From assembly GCA_046541495.1 (NCBI GenBank), contig JBKHDE010000003.1, positions 513-64,512 on the forward strand: 64,000 nucleotides of DNA, read 5' to 3'. Each line of letters begins with the position of its first letter. Within the stretch, counting starts at the first letter, position 1. Positions 49,186 through 58,245 of this stretch are shown piece after piece. The position numbers and the translations under genes were made by a program. The DNA comes from Desulfococcaceae bacterium. Lineage in GTDB: Bacteria > Desulfobacterota > Desulfobacteria > Desulfobacterales > Desulfococcaceae. Under the pieces are notes generated by a model. The model was not told the origin of the DNA. It saw only the letters and a list, made by a program, of their open reading frames with translations, and searched no databases.

Positions 49186-49224
49186 CCTAATTTCTGGTCC
49201 TGATTTTTGATCCTGGTTTTTGAT
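49186..49224 (-). repeat. three tandem 13-nt units in the rplK leader
   Basis: cctaatttctggt / cctgatttttgat / cctggtttttgat on the plus strand, 49186-49198, 49199-49211 and 49212-49224. Confidence 0.8.
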
Positions 49225-49295
49225 CATGGGTTCCGGACTTTTAGCGCCGAATATCAGCTCCCCGCATCCGTCGGACACCCACCGATTCCGAACCG

Positions 49296-49826
49296 TTATA
49301 ATTTGGTGACCTGAACGAAATCCAGCTCTACCGGCGTGGATCGACCGAAGATACTCACCAGCACCTTGATTTTCCCCTTTTCTGGATTCACATCATCTAC
49401 GGTGCCGTTGAAATTGGTAAAGGGTCCGTCGATGACCCGAACCTCGTCGCCGGTCTCAAAAAAGTATTTGGGTTTGGGTTTGATTTTCCCCGCCTCCATT
49501 CGATTCAGAATCTGCTGGGCCTCTTCCTCGGAAATGGGGGTGGGCTTTTCACGCCCCCCTAAAAAGCCGGTGACCTTTTCGGTGTTGTTGACGATGTGCC
49601 AGGTTTCATCATTCAAATCCATCTGAACCAGGATATAGCCGGGATAAAACTTTCTTGAAGAGGTCTTCCGTTTTCCCTTGACCAGTTCCACGATCTGTTC
49701 GGTCGGCACCACGATTTCGCCGAATTTTTCAGGATCGGAAAAGGTCGCGATACGCTCTTCCAGTGCTTTTTTCACCTTGCTTTCAAAGCCCGAGTACACA
49801 TGGACGATATACCAATTCAGCGCCAT
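49296..49826 (-). CDS. nusG: transcription termination/antitermination factor NusG
   Basis: [26 protein letters not shown]... with C-terminal KOW. Confidence 0.97.
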   Translation of the reverse strand: MALNWYIVHVYSGFESKVKKALEERIATFSDPEKFGEIVVPTEQIVELVKGKRKTSSRKFYPGYILVQMDLNDETWHIVNNTEKVTGFLGGREKPTPISEEEAQQILNRMEAGKIKPKPKYFFETGDEVRVIDGPFTNFNGTVDDVNPEKGKIKVLVSIFGRSTPVELDFVQVTKL

Positions 49827-49840
49827 CTTACTCTCCCCGC

Positions 49841-50212
49841 CTATTGAAGCACCAGACGAATCAGACTGGACAGCCCCATATCCACCGCTCCAAGAAAAAA
49901 TGCAATAATCATCACCAAAACAATCACCACCAGCGTCGAGCCCAGCGTCTGTTTTCGGGAAGGCCAGGTCACCTTCTTGAGCTCCGCCCGAACCTCTCTC
50001 AAAAACTGGATGCTCTTTTCAATGAAGTTGGGCGGTTTACTGGCGGCGGCCGCCCGTTTCTGGGCGAGTTGGGCCCGTTTCTGGGCGTCATTCGGAGTTG
50101 ACGTTACCGGCTTGGGTTGGCCCTGGGCATCCCCGGCCGGAGCCGTACTTTCCATGGGGTCGTCGGTCTTCTTCTTCTTTTTTGCCGTTTTTTTTCTCTG
50201 TAACCGTCCCAT
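49841..50212 (-). CDS. secE: preprotein translocase subunit SecE (long basic N-terminal extension)
   Basis: C-terminal FLREVRAELKKVTWPSRKQTLGSTLVVIVLVMIIAFFLG. Located between tRNA-Trp and nusG. Confidence 0.9.
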   Translation of the reverse strand: MGRLQRKKTAKKKKKTDDPMESTAPAGDAQGQPKPVTSTPNDAQKRAQLAQKRAAAASKPPNFIEKSIQFLREVRAELKKVTWPSRKQTLGSTLVVIVLVMIIAFFLGAVDMGLSSLIRLVLQ

Positions 50213-50305
50213 TCTACTCCTAAAAATATGGAAAGCTCAAAGTTGCAACAGACGACCGTCTGTTTACGCCCTTGAGCTTGTACCATGTCTATGGAATACG
50301 CGGTG

Positions 50306-50381
50306 TGGCAGGCCAGGAGGGACTCGAACCCCCAGCACTCGGATTTGGAGTCCGACGCTCTGCCATTAGAGCTACTGGCCT
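50306..50381 (-). tRNA. trnW: tRNA-Trp (anticodon CCA)
   Basis: AGGCCAG-TA-GCTC..GAGC-G-TCGGA-CTCCAAA-TCCGA-GTGCT-GGGGG-TTCGAGT-CCCTC-CTGGCCT-G-CCA. Cloverleaf folded by hand; CCA is encoded. Confidence 0.95.
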
Positions 50382-50435
50382 GAATTCATCCGTTGTCAGG
50401 CAACCGGTCGGATTCTCTGTTCAGAAAACCGCCTT

Positions 50436-50585
50436 TTATTTGGTCTCCTTGTGAGGCGTATGCTTCTGGCAGAACCTGCAGTATTTCTGAAACTCCAGTT
50501 TATCCGGCGTGGTCCGCTTGTTTTTCGTTGTCGTATAATTTCTTCTTTTGCATTCGGTACATGCAAGGGTAACCTTGACTCTCAC
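50436..50585 (-). CDS. rpmG: 50S ribosomal protein L33 (4-Cys form)
   Basis: Not in the ORF track. GTG 50585: (M)[48 protein letters not shown], stop TAA at 50438-50436. Confidence 0.92.
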   Translation of the reverse strand: MRVKVTLACTECKRRNYTTTKNKRTTPDKLEFQKYCRFCQKHTPHKETK

Positions 50586-50602
50586 TGGACAACTCCTTGA
50601 GC

Positions 50603-51810
<1,208 letters not shown>

Positions 51811-51922
51811 CTGCCTTTACAAATTACGAATATATTCAGGATTCATACGCATCCCGTTCACATCATTGATATAGAAATGGGCTTTAACTTCTTAGTGATG
51901 ATCTGAACAGGCGCGCAAAAAA

Positions 51923-51999
51923 TGGAGCCCACGACCGGAATCGAACCGGTGAACCTCTTCCTTACCAAGGAAGCGCTCTACCGACTGAGCTACGTGGGC
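51923..51999 (-). tRNA. trnT: tRNA-Thr (anticodon GGT)
   Basis: GCCCACG-TA-GCTC-AGTCGGTA-GAGC-G-CTTCC-TTGGTAA-GGAAG-(6-nt variable)-ACCGG-TTCGATT-CCGGT-CGTGGGC-T-CCA. Confidence 0.92.
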
Positions 52000-52048
52000 G
52001 TATCCGCGGTATCCCGTCAAATCTTTTTCTTTGTTTTTGACGGCTTAC

Positions 52049-52124
<76 letters not shown>

Positions 52125-52283
52125 CTTTAAACAGCTAACTTTACCACCTTCAAATTGAAAATGCAAGAGGATAATACGTCCCTCTTGCGCAACCGCGCAG
52201 TAAGACGAATGCAGGAAGCCATGTAGTACAATGCGATTCAGCTCAAAAGGCTGAGATCTCCTACAAACAGCTTACGAAAAGAA

Positions 52284-52368
52284 TGGTGGTGGGGGGAGGA
52301 TTCGAACCTCCGAAGGCTTCGCCGACAGATTTACAGTCTGTTCCCTTTGGCCGCTCGGGAACCCCACC
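52284..52368 (-). tRNA. trnY: tRNA-Tyr (anticodon GTA, long variable arm)
   Basis: GGTGGGG-TT-CCCG..GGGA-ACAGA-CTGTAAA-TCTGT-(variable arm CGGCGAAGCCTTC)-GGAGG-TTCGAAT-CCTCC-CCCCACC-A-CCA. Confidence 0.95.
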
Positions 52369-52379
52369 ATCTTATTTTT

Positions 52380-52455
52380 TGGAGCCAACGGAGGGATTCG
52401 AACCCCCGACCCACTGATTACAAATCAGTAGCTCTGCCAGCTGAGCTACGTTGGC
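52380..52455 (-). tRNA. trnT: tRNA-Thr (anticodon TGT)
   Basis: GCCAACG-TA-GCTC-AGCTGGCA-GAGC-T-ACTGA-TTTGTAA-TCAGT-GGGTC-GGGGG-TTCGAAT-CCCTC-CGTTGGC-T-CCA. Confidence 0.95.
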
Positions 52456-52920
52456 CTCCTTACAGGCGCTTCAAAAGGGCATAAGTACGCCCTCAAAGAA
52501 CGCCGTTTATTACCGGCATTCGCATGAATTAGCAAACCTTGAAATCAGCAATTTTCGACAATTGGACAGGATCAGACAGTATTAAAATTGCTTTTAATGT
52601 AAAAAACAACTTTTTTTTTCTATTTTTTGCCCATTTCGGCTTTTTTTTAGTTTAATGATAATTATGCAGTATAATTACGGATATTTATTTTTTCATCCAT
52701 CCATACCGCCTCTCTGAAAATCCGCCGACCGGTCCGCCCGAAGCCGCCTCAAGGGCGGAAAATCAAGGGGGCCGGCATATAAGATCTTGACAATTATTTT
52801 TACATTTGGTTTATCTCGAAAAATTATTGATGAATCACCGGTACACGAACCATTACCAGGTGCTGACGATCCTATACGTATACGGCATCCACTCCCAATC
52901 GATTTGAGGACTCTCATCTG

Positions 52921-54711
52921 ATGTTTTCACGAAACAGCGCCATTTTGATTATTCTGTTTTTATTCCTGTACGGATGTGCCCACCCCTTGAACCTCCTCTC
53001 CGACCGGTCCGGCGATGAGAGCGACCCGTCAAAAAACCTGCCGACAGCCGTTTCTGAATCCTCCGACATGGATCCGGAAACAGAATCGGCGGGATTCGAG
53101 GCCGATGCCTACCTCGACGAAAAGGTTGCGGAGACCGCCGACATTCTGCCCGTCCTATCCGAAAAAATTCAACCGGAACTGGATGAATCCCTGGAATACT
53201 GCCAGATCGCTCAGGATTTCTGGCAGAAGGGCGAGCTGGAAAACGCCCTGGACGCCCTGGATTATGCCTATTCCCTGATCCTGAAGGTCGATTCCGAAGA
53301 CGATGCCAAGCTGATGCAGCAGAAAGAGGACCTGCGGTTTATGATTTCCAAACGGATCCTCGAGATCTATGCCTCCCGGAACATCGTGGTGAGCGGTCAG
53401 CACAATGCCATTCCGGTGGAGATCAATAAGTATGTTCAAAAAGAAATCGATTTTCTCAGCAGAGGCAACTACCTTCAACGGGCCATGAAACGGGCGGGGC
53501 GGTATCGGCCGTATATCCTCGAGGAACTTCGCAAGGCCGGTCTGCCGGAAGAGCTCTCCTGGCTGCCGCTGATCGAAAGCGGATACCGGGTGGACGCCTT
53601 TTCGCCGGCCCGGGCCCTCGGGCTGTGGCAGTTTATTCCGTCGACCGGATACAAGTTCGGTTTGAAGCGGGACCGGTATGTGGATGAACGGATCGATCCG
53701 GAAAAATCGACCTTGGCCGCCATCGCCTATTTAAAGGAACTGCACCAGATCTTCGGCGACTGGGCCACGGTGCTGGCCGCCTACAATTGCGGCGAAGGCC
53801 GGGTACTGCGGGTCATTCGGACCCAGAACGTCAACTATCTGGACAACTTCTGGGATCTTTTTGAACGGCTTCCCCGGGAGACCGCCCGGTATGTGCCCCG
53901 GTTCATCGCGACCATGCACATGATCAACCATCCGGAAAAATACGGTATCGATAATGTGACGCCCGACACCCCGCCCGAGTATGAAACATTGACGGTTTCC
54001 AAGAAGGCCTGCCTCAACAGCATCGCAAAAGCAGCCGGGATTTCGGAAAGCGTGCTGCGGGACCTCAACCCGGAATTAAAACAGCATGTGCTGCCTCCGC
54101 GGACCTATTCCCTCCGTGTCCCGGTGGGAAAAGGGGCCACCCTGTTGTCAAAGCTGGCGGAGGTTCCCGTATACAGCGCCCCGAAGACCGCTTCCAACGA
54201 CAACATCGTCTATCATCGGGTTCGAAAAGGCCAGTCCCTGTCGACCATCGCCGGTCGCTACGGCGTCCGGATCAGCACGATTATGCGGGCCAACAACATC
54301 CACCGGAAAAATTACGTGGTGGCCGGCAAGATCCTGAAGATTCCGGTAAGCCCAAATTCCCGACATCTGGCCCAAAGCCGAAAGGCGGCCTCGGAACGCG
54401 CTTCCATTGTCCATGTGGTCAAACGGGGGGACTCTCTCTGGAACCTGGCTCGGCAATACGGCACCACCACCAAACAGATCAAGGCGCTGAACCGGTTGTC
54501 CGGTTCCCGCCTGAGCATCGGGCAGAAGCTGAAGATCGTATCCAAAACGGGCCAGGGAAATGACGGCCTCAAAACCTACCTGGTTCGAAACGGGGATATC
54601 CCGTTTGAAATCGCCAAACGGCACAATATGAGCCTGGAAGCGTTCCTCAAGGTGAATAAGCTGAGCCGGTACAGCAAGATCTACCCGGGCCAGAAAGTAT
54701 ACGTGGAATAA
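52921..54711 (+). CDS. mltD: membrane-bound lytic murein transglycosylase (SLT domain plus three LysM repeats), lipoprotein
   Basis: Lipobox LFLYGC. SLT motif LSWLPLIESGYRVDAFSPARALGLWQFIPSTG. LysM repeats YHRVRKGQSLSTIAGRYG, HVVKRGDSLWNLARQYG, YLVRNGDIPFEIAKRHN. Confidence 0.88.
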   Translation: MFSRNSAILIILFLFLYGCAHPLNLLSDRSGDESDPSKNLPTAVSESSDMDPETESAGFEADAYLDEKVAETADILPVLSEKIQPELDESLEYCQIAQDFWQKGELENALDALDYAYSLILKVDSEDDAKLMQQKEDLRFMISKRILEIYASRNIVVSGQHNAIPVEINKYVQKEIDFLSRGNYLQRAMKRAGRYRPYILEELRKAGLPEELSWLPLIESGYRVDAFSPARALGLWQFIPSTGYKFGLKRDRYVDERIDPEKSTLAAIAYLKELHQIFGDWATVLAAYNCGEGRVLRVIRTQNVNYLDNFWDLFERLPRETARYVPRFIATMHMINHPEKYGIDNVTPDTPPEYETLTVSKKACLNSIAKAAGISESVLRDLNPELKQHVLPPRTYSLRVPVGKGATLLSKLAEVPVYSAPKTASNDNIVYHRVRKGQSLSTIAGRYGVRISTIMRANNIHRKNYVVAGKILKIPVSPNSRHLAQSRKAASERASIVHVVKRGDSLWNLARQYGTTTKQIKALNRLSGSRLSIGQKLKIVSKTGQGNDGLKTYLVRNGDIPFEIAKRHNMSLEAFLKVNKLSRYSKIYPGQKVYVE

Positions 54712-54737
54712 TCGGTTCCGTCGATACGGCCGGCACG

Positions 54738-54769
54738 GGGCGGTCCGCTTAGGCGGACCGCCCTTTTTG
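54738..54769 (+). terminator. intrinsic terminator after the transglycosylase gene
   Basis: GGGCGGTCCGC (54738-54748), loop TTAG, GCGGACCGCCC (54753-54763), then TTTTTGTT. The stem also encodes the last codons and stop of the convergent glycosyltransferase. Confidence 0.7.
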
Positions 54770-56281
54770 TTCGACCACCGCCTTGAGGGTCTCCAGCCAG
54801 TCGCCCACCTGAGTGAAGACCAGAAATTTGGCATAGACCGCCTGCTGGGCGTTGCCCGCCAGGCGCTCCCGATCGGTGCCTCGCCGAAGCAGGGATTCCA
54901 GTGTTTCGGCGACGGCGGTTTTATTCGCCGGGTCCGGATTGACGGCCCCGTTCCGGCCGTCTTCGATCTGCTCCAGAAGTCCGCTGGCGTTGGAAACCAG
55001 CACCGGTTTGCGTTTCCACATCGCCTCGGCGGCGGTGAGGCCGAAGCCTTCCTGAAGCGAGTTTTGAACCACCACCGACGAGACCTGCTGAAGCACATTG
55101 ACCATCAGGGAATTTCTTTTTCGGGAATCCATGGGCAGGGCCAAAATGGCGATGTCGTCCTGGACCCAGTCGGGAAATTCCCGGTAGGCGGCTTTGAGCT
55201 CCTCAACCACCTCCCGGCCCTCGGGGTCATCCTGAATGGACTCAGGATCGGGACCGGCCAGCACCAGTCGGACGATCTCGATCATCTTTTTGTGTCGGCG
55301 GCAATCCCACTCTGAATCCGACCGATCCCGGCTTCCCATCTTCATTTCGGCAAACCCCTGCATCAACGGCAAAAACCCCTTGAGCCGATCCCATCGGGAG
55401 ATCTGGGCCACCGTCATCCGGAACATCAGTCCCATCTCCTCCGGCTGCACCGCCGGGGCGAAGTGTCCGTTCTTTTGCAACCGGTGGGCGGTCTTTTCAA
55501 AGGGGGGTGTGAGAACCGGATGGCGGGGTTTGGCCATACCGGCGTTGCACAGAATCCCCATGATTTTGACCGGTTCCAGTTCCCGGTTTTTGTGGTTGAA
55601 GGGATCGATGGCCGGATGAATGATTCGGTAGTTGTCTTGGAAATAGTCGGGGACGTATTCATCAGAGGTGAACACGGCCGTATCGAAGCCGTCCGCATAG
55701 GGCTGAAGAAATTCCCAGGCGTGGCGGGTCCGTTCGGTATGGTCCGCTATCCCGATATGGGATCGCCAGATGGTGTGGATGTCGGTATCGGATTTGAGCA
55801 TCCGGCCCAGAGCCATGGGTTGGGGATCATGGGCGATGAGGATGTCGCCGGGGTTCAGATGCGTTTTGAGGTCGTCGGCGTTTTGGCGGTTGACCGATTC
55901 ATAGATCTCGCGCTTTTCTTGGTCGAGATCGGTTTTACCGCTGTCGTGGATCAGGTTATGAATGTTTTTGGTGATCCGAAAGAAATCGTCCCGATCGGAT
56001 TGGAGCACGGCCCAGCGGACATCCAGCCCGAGGTCCCGCATCAGCGAAATCACCCGGGGAAGCATTTCAGCCACCCCGCCCCCGTGAACCGAAGAGTTGA
56101 CCATCCAGATGGTCCGGTCCTTGAGATCGGGAACAATCGATTTCGCCTTCTCCTTCAGATCTTTGACCACGCTAGTGAGATAGGCGACCGCTTCGTAATC
56201 GTCAATGTGGATTTTTTCTTCAAGATCGATGATGTCGACCATAAGCCCCCGCTTTGGTTGATGGATTGGGTGTGATGTCAC
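54749..56281 (-). CDS. GT4-family (group 1) glycosyltransferase, trehalose-synthase-like N-terminal region
   Basis: C-terminal GT-B motif NSLQEGFGLTAAEAMWKRKPVLVSNASGLLEQIEDGRNG. About 500 aa. ATG 56242 (MVDIIDLEE) is an alternative start. Confidence 0.75.
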   Translation of the reverse strand: MTSHPIHQPKRGLMVDIIDLEEKIHIDDYEAVAYLTSVVKDLKEKAKSIVPDLKDRTIWMVNSSVHGGGVAEMLPRVISLMRDLGLDVRWAVLQSDRDDFFRITKNIHNLIHDSGKTDLDQEKREIYESVNRQNADDLKTHLNPGDILIAHDPQPMALGRMLKSDTDIHTIWRSHIGIADHTERTRHAWEFLQPYADGFDTAVFTSDEYVPDYFQDNYRIIHPAIDPFNHKNRELEPVKIMGILCNAGMAKPRHPVLTPPFEKTAHRLQKNGHFAPAVQPEEMGLMFRMTVAQISRWDRLKGFLPLMQGFAEMKMGSRDRSDSEWDCRRHKKMIEIVRLVLAGPDPESIQDDPEGREVVEELKAAYREFPDWVQDDIAILALPMDSRKRNSLMVNVLQQVSSVVVQNSLQEGFGLTAAEAMWKRKPVLVSNASGLLEQIEDGRNGAVNPDPANKTAVAETLESLLRRGTDRERLAGNAQQAVYAKFLVFTQVGDWLETLKAVVEQKGRSA

Positions 56282-56409
56282 ATTCCGGCAGGTCGATGCC
56301 GGATCGGTTTTCGGCCCTGATCAATACAAGCCGAGAACCGGCAGACCGAAGGTGTGACCGGGGGTATATTACAATGTTTTGAATACGGTGAAAAGTATCG
56401 ATTCCAATC

Positions 56410-56438
56410 TTGACAGAATCACCGGATTACCCTATTAT
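56410..56438 (+). promoter_or_regulatory. near-consensus sigma70 promoter for tRNA-Arg
   Basis: TTGACA (56410-56415), 17-nt spacer, TATTAT (56433-56438), about 45 nt upstream of the tRNA 5' end. Confidence 0.55.
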
Positions 56439-56484
56439 GACCCACCTTTTGGTTCTCCGCAGGCCACACCGATTCAAACCTCCC

Positions 56485-56560
56485 GCCCCCGTAGCTCAGT
56501 GGATAGAGCAATGGATTCCTAATCCATGTGCCGCAAGTTCGATTCTTGCCGGGGGCACCA
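56485..56560 (+). tRNA. trnR: tRNA-Arg (anticodon CCT)
   Basis: GCCCCCG-TA-GCTC-AGTGGATA-GAGC-A-ATGGA-TTCCTAA-TCCAT-GTGCC-GCAAG-TTCGATT-CTTGC-CGGGGGC-A-CCA. Confidence 0.95.
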
Positions 56561-56604
56561 ATGAACTCATTGGGTTGCGATACCCGCTTACAATCCATTT
56601 TCTA

Positions 56605-57366
56605 TTATGATTTTCCTTTTCCATGAAGCATCACCAGATCTTCATCCAGGCTGTGCCGCAGAATATCCAGACGAGGCGACAGCGAAGCCAGATGTTCGCC
56701 TGAGATACGGGTCAGCCGGAATGGAAACATGCTGGGGCTGTCCAGGAGATCATTGACAGCGGCAGCTTCGTTTTCCCTGGTGTGAAGAGAAGTTTCCACC
56801 ATCCAGGCAATGAGTCCGGGTTCTTCAATGAAAGTGGGTTTCCCGCCGGCATAAACGCCTTTATCGCCGGTTTCGCTCAGAACGCCCCAGTCAATGAATG
56901 AACGAAGTACACGCCGAGCAGCCCGCGAGGCTGTTTGGCGTTCCCCGTATTCTTCTTTAATCCGACGCTGCACCTGCGCCGCTGCGGCGTTTCCCTGAAG
57001 CCGCAACAGCCTGCCGGTGTTCGCGGCGACGGCAGCCCAGAAAGGGTATGCGGCCTGAACCATCCCCCAATGAACGGCAATTCGGTATTGGTGCGGAAGT
57101 TTTTGGAGAATTGCCAGCCCTTCATCTCGCAGCTTCTCCAGATGACGGGGGACAGTGAGCCAGGTCTTCAACAGGATGGTAATGACCTTTTCCCTGTTCC
57201 CTCTGACGGCGTTTCCGTCGACAGACACCTTGTCTTGCAGCAAATCCTGAAGTGATTCGTTGATGGCGGCCTTGTCGTTCCCGGCCAGGATCAGGTTGGC
57301 GGTCTTCTCAAACCATTCGAGTCTGATGCGCTGACTGAACCCGATCTGTGCCTTTCGCCCGCTCAT
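56605..57366 (-). CDS. hypothetical protein, helical with winged-helix-like C-terminal part (last gene of the island operon)
   Basis: 253-aa ORF. SD-like AAGGCGG 5 nt before ATG 57366. RAARRVLRSFIDWGVLSETGDKGVYAGG reads like a wHTH. No family recognised. Confidence 0.7.
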   Translation of the reverse strand: MSGRKAQIGFSQRIRLEWFEKTANLILAGNDKAAINESLQDLLQDKVSVDGNAVRGNREKVITILLKTWLTVPRHLEKLRDEGLAILQKLPHQYRIAVHWGMVQAAYPFWAAVAANTGRLLRLQGNAAAAQVQRRIKEEYGERQTASRAARRVLRSFIDWGVLSETGDKGVYAGGKPTFIEEPGLIAWMVETSLHTRENEAAAVNDLLDSPSMFPFRLTRISGEHLASLSPRLDILRHSLDEDLVMLHGKGKS

Positions 57367-57378
57367 CGGTCCCGCCTT

Positions 57379-58245
57379 TCAATCTGAACAAAAGGGACGA
57401 TGAGCTCTTCCAGAGAAGCGCCGCCGTGCCCCTTCCAGAAAAAGGTTGTCCATGTAGACCCGGACGTCGTCATGATCGAACGGCAGATCCGCAGGGCCGG
57501 GGATTTCAAAGCCAAAGGATTGGTTTCCATCCAGAAGGGAATGGGTTTCAAGTTTCACCTTCCGCTTCAGGAAAAACGGCCAGCGCTCCTGAAGAAACGC
57601 GAAAAAGGCTTCCCGATCCGGAATAATCGTTTCAAGGGGCCAGTCCTCAAAACCACCCTGCTGGCGCAGCACCTGAATCATGCGCTCATCCAGCAGCGCC
57701 GGAATGCGTTGTCTCCGGTAATGACGGCGCAGCAGCGCCCGCAGCAGATCGGACGGACTTCGAATAAGTTCCGGCGCGATTTCAAAAACATGGCGCAGAA
57801 TGAATTCCTTGGTGGCGTTATCGCCCAGCACGCCGGGGGCGTGGCGTGTCTGTGCCTCAAAAAGCGCATCGAGATCGCCGCCGTTCAAGGCGGTTACAAT
57901 GGGATAACTCAGGTTGGGAAATATTTCCCCCAGATTGAATGAGAGTTTCCGGCCGGCCTGGAGCAGATCGTAGGGCAGACGACCGAGGTCGCCGGCGGCG
58001 GAGCGCAGCACGACCACCAGGTCTGTCGGCTCACCCCGATCCCAACGGGAGCGGAACTTGGATTCGTAGGCGTACCGAAAGGCGACATGATCCTCATACG
58101 GAATCAGTTCGAAACCACGCTCGCGTATGCCTGCAAGCACGCCTTCTTCCAGGAGCAGGCCGTCCGGATCGGCGACCAGGGTCAGCCGGGCGACATCGGG
58201 GGTGAACTCCCGGAGAATCTGATCGCGCCAGTTACGCATGGGCAC
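57379..58245 (-). CDS. hypothetical protein (island operon)
   Basis: 288-aa ORF overlapping the SNF2 stop by 14 nt (8 nt if the ATG at 58239 is used). Motifs LVADPDGLLLEEG, GFELIPYEDHVAFRYAYES. No family recognised. Confidence 0.7.
   Translation of the reverse strand: MPMRNWRDQILREFTPDVARLTLVADPDGLLLEEGVLAGIRERGFELIPYEDHVAFRYAYESKFRSRWDRGEPTDLVVVLRSAAGDLGRLPYDLLQAGRKLSFNLGEIFPNLSYPIVTALNGGDLDALFEAQTRHAPGVLGDNATKEFILRHVFEIAPELIRSPSDLLRALLRRHYRRQRIPALLDERMIQVLRQQGGFEDWPLETIIPDREAFFAFLQERWPFFLKRKVKLETHSLLDGNQSFGFEIPGPADLPFDHDDVRVYMDNLFLEGARRRFSGRAHRPFCSD

Noticed and set aside
52787-52815. Candidate promoter for the transglycosylase gene (TTGACA-17-TTTATC), and candidate promoters for the tRNA-tuf operon in 52456-52700.
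   Set aside because: The -10 elements are weak (3/6 matches) and several alternative alignments are equally poor. The A/T tracts suggest promoter or UP-element function, but I cannot place the elements reliably.
52693-52917. 74-aa minus-strand ORF in the AT-rich region between the tRNA cluster and the transglycosylase gene.
   Set aside because: It sits in a divergent promoter region and has no SD or recognisable motif. It runs antisense to the likely mltD promoter and leader. Its composition is atypical for coding sequence here.
56561-56604. Search for an integrase gene or an att-like direct repeat of the tRNA-Arg 3' end marking the island boundary.
   Set aside because: Only 44 nt separate the tRNA from the last island gene. 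There is no integrase ORF and no tRNA-end repeat within 56561-64000. The distal boundary, if any, lies outside the window, so mobile-element status is left open.
57367-57381. In-frame TGA preceded by Cys-Ser-Asp (a C-x-x-U arrangement) between the 288-aa and 253-aa island ORFs. Possible selenocysteine recoding in a lineage rich in selenoproteins.
   Set aside because: A good SD (AAGGCGG) and an ATG follow within 12 nt, as expected for two ordinary genes. The residues before the TGA are an Arg-rich tail, not a redox-fold context. The best downstream pairing I could draw (ACCGAU...AUCGG, with a 19-nt loop) is not a convincing bacterial SECIS. A SECIS covariance search and homologue alignment would settle it.
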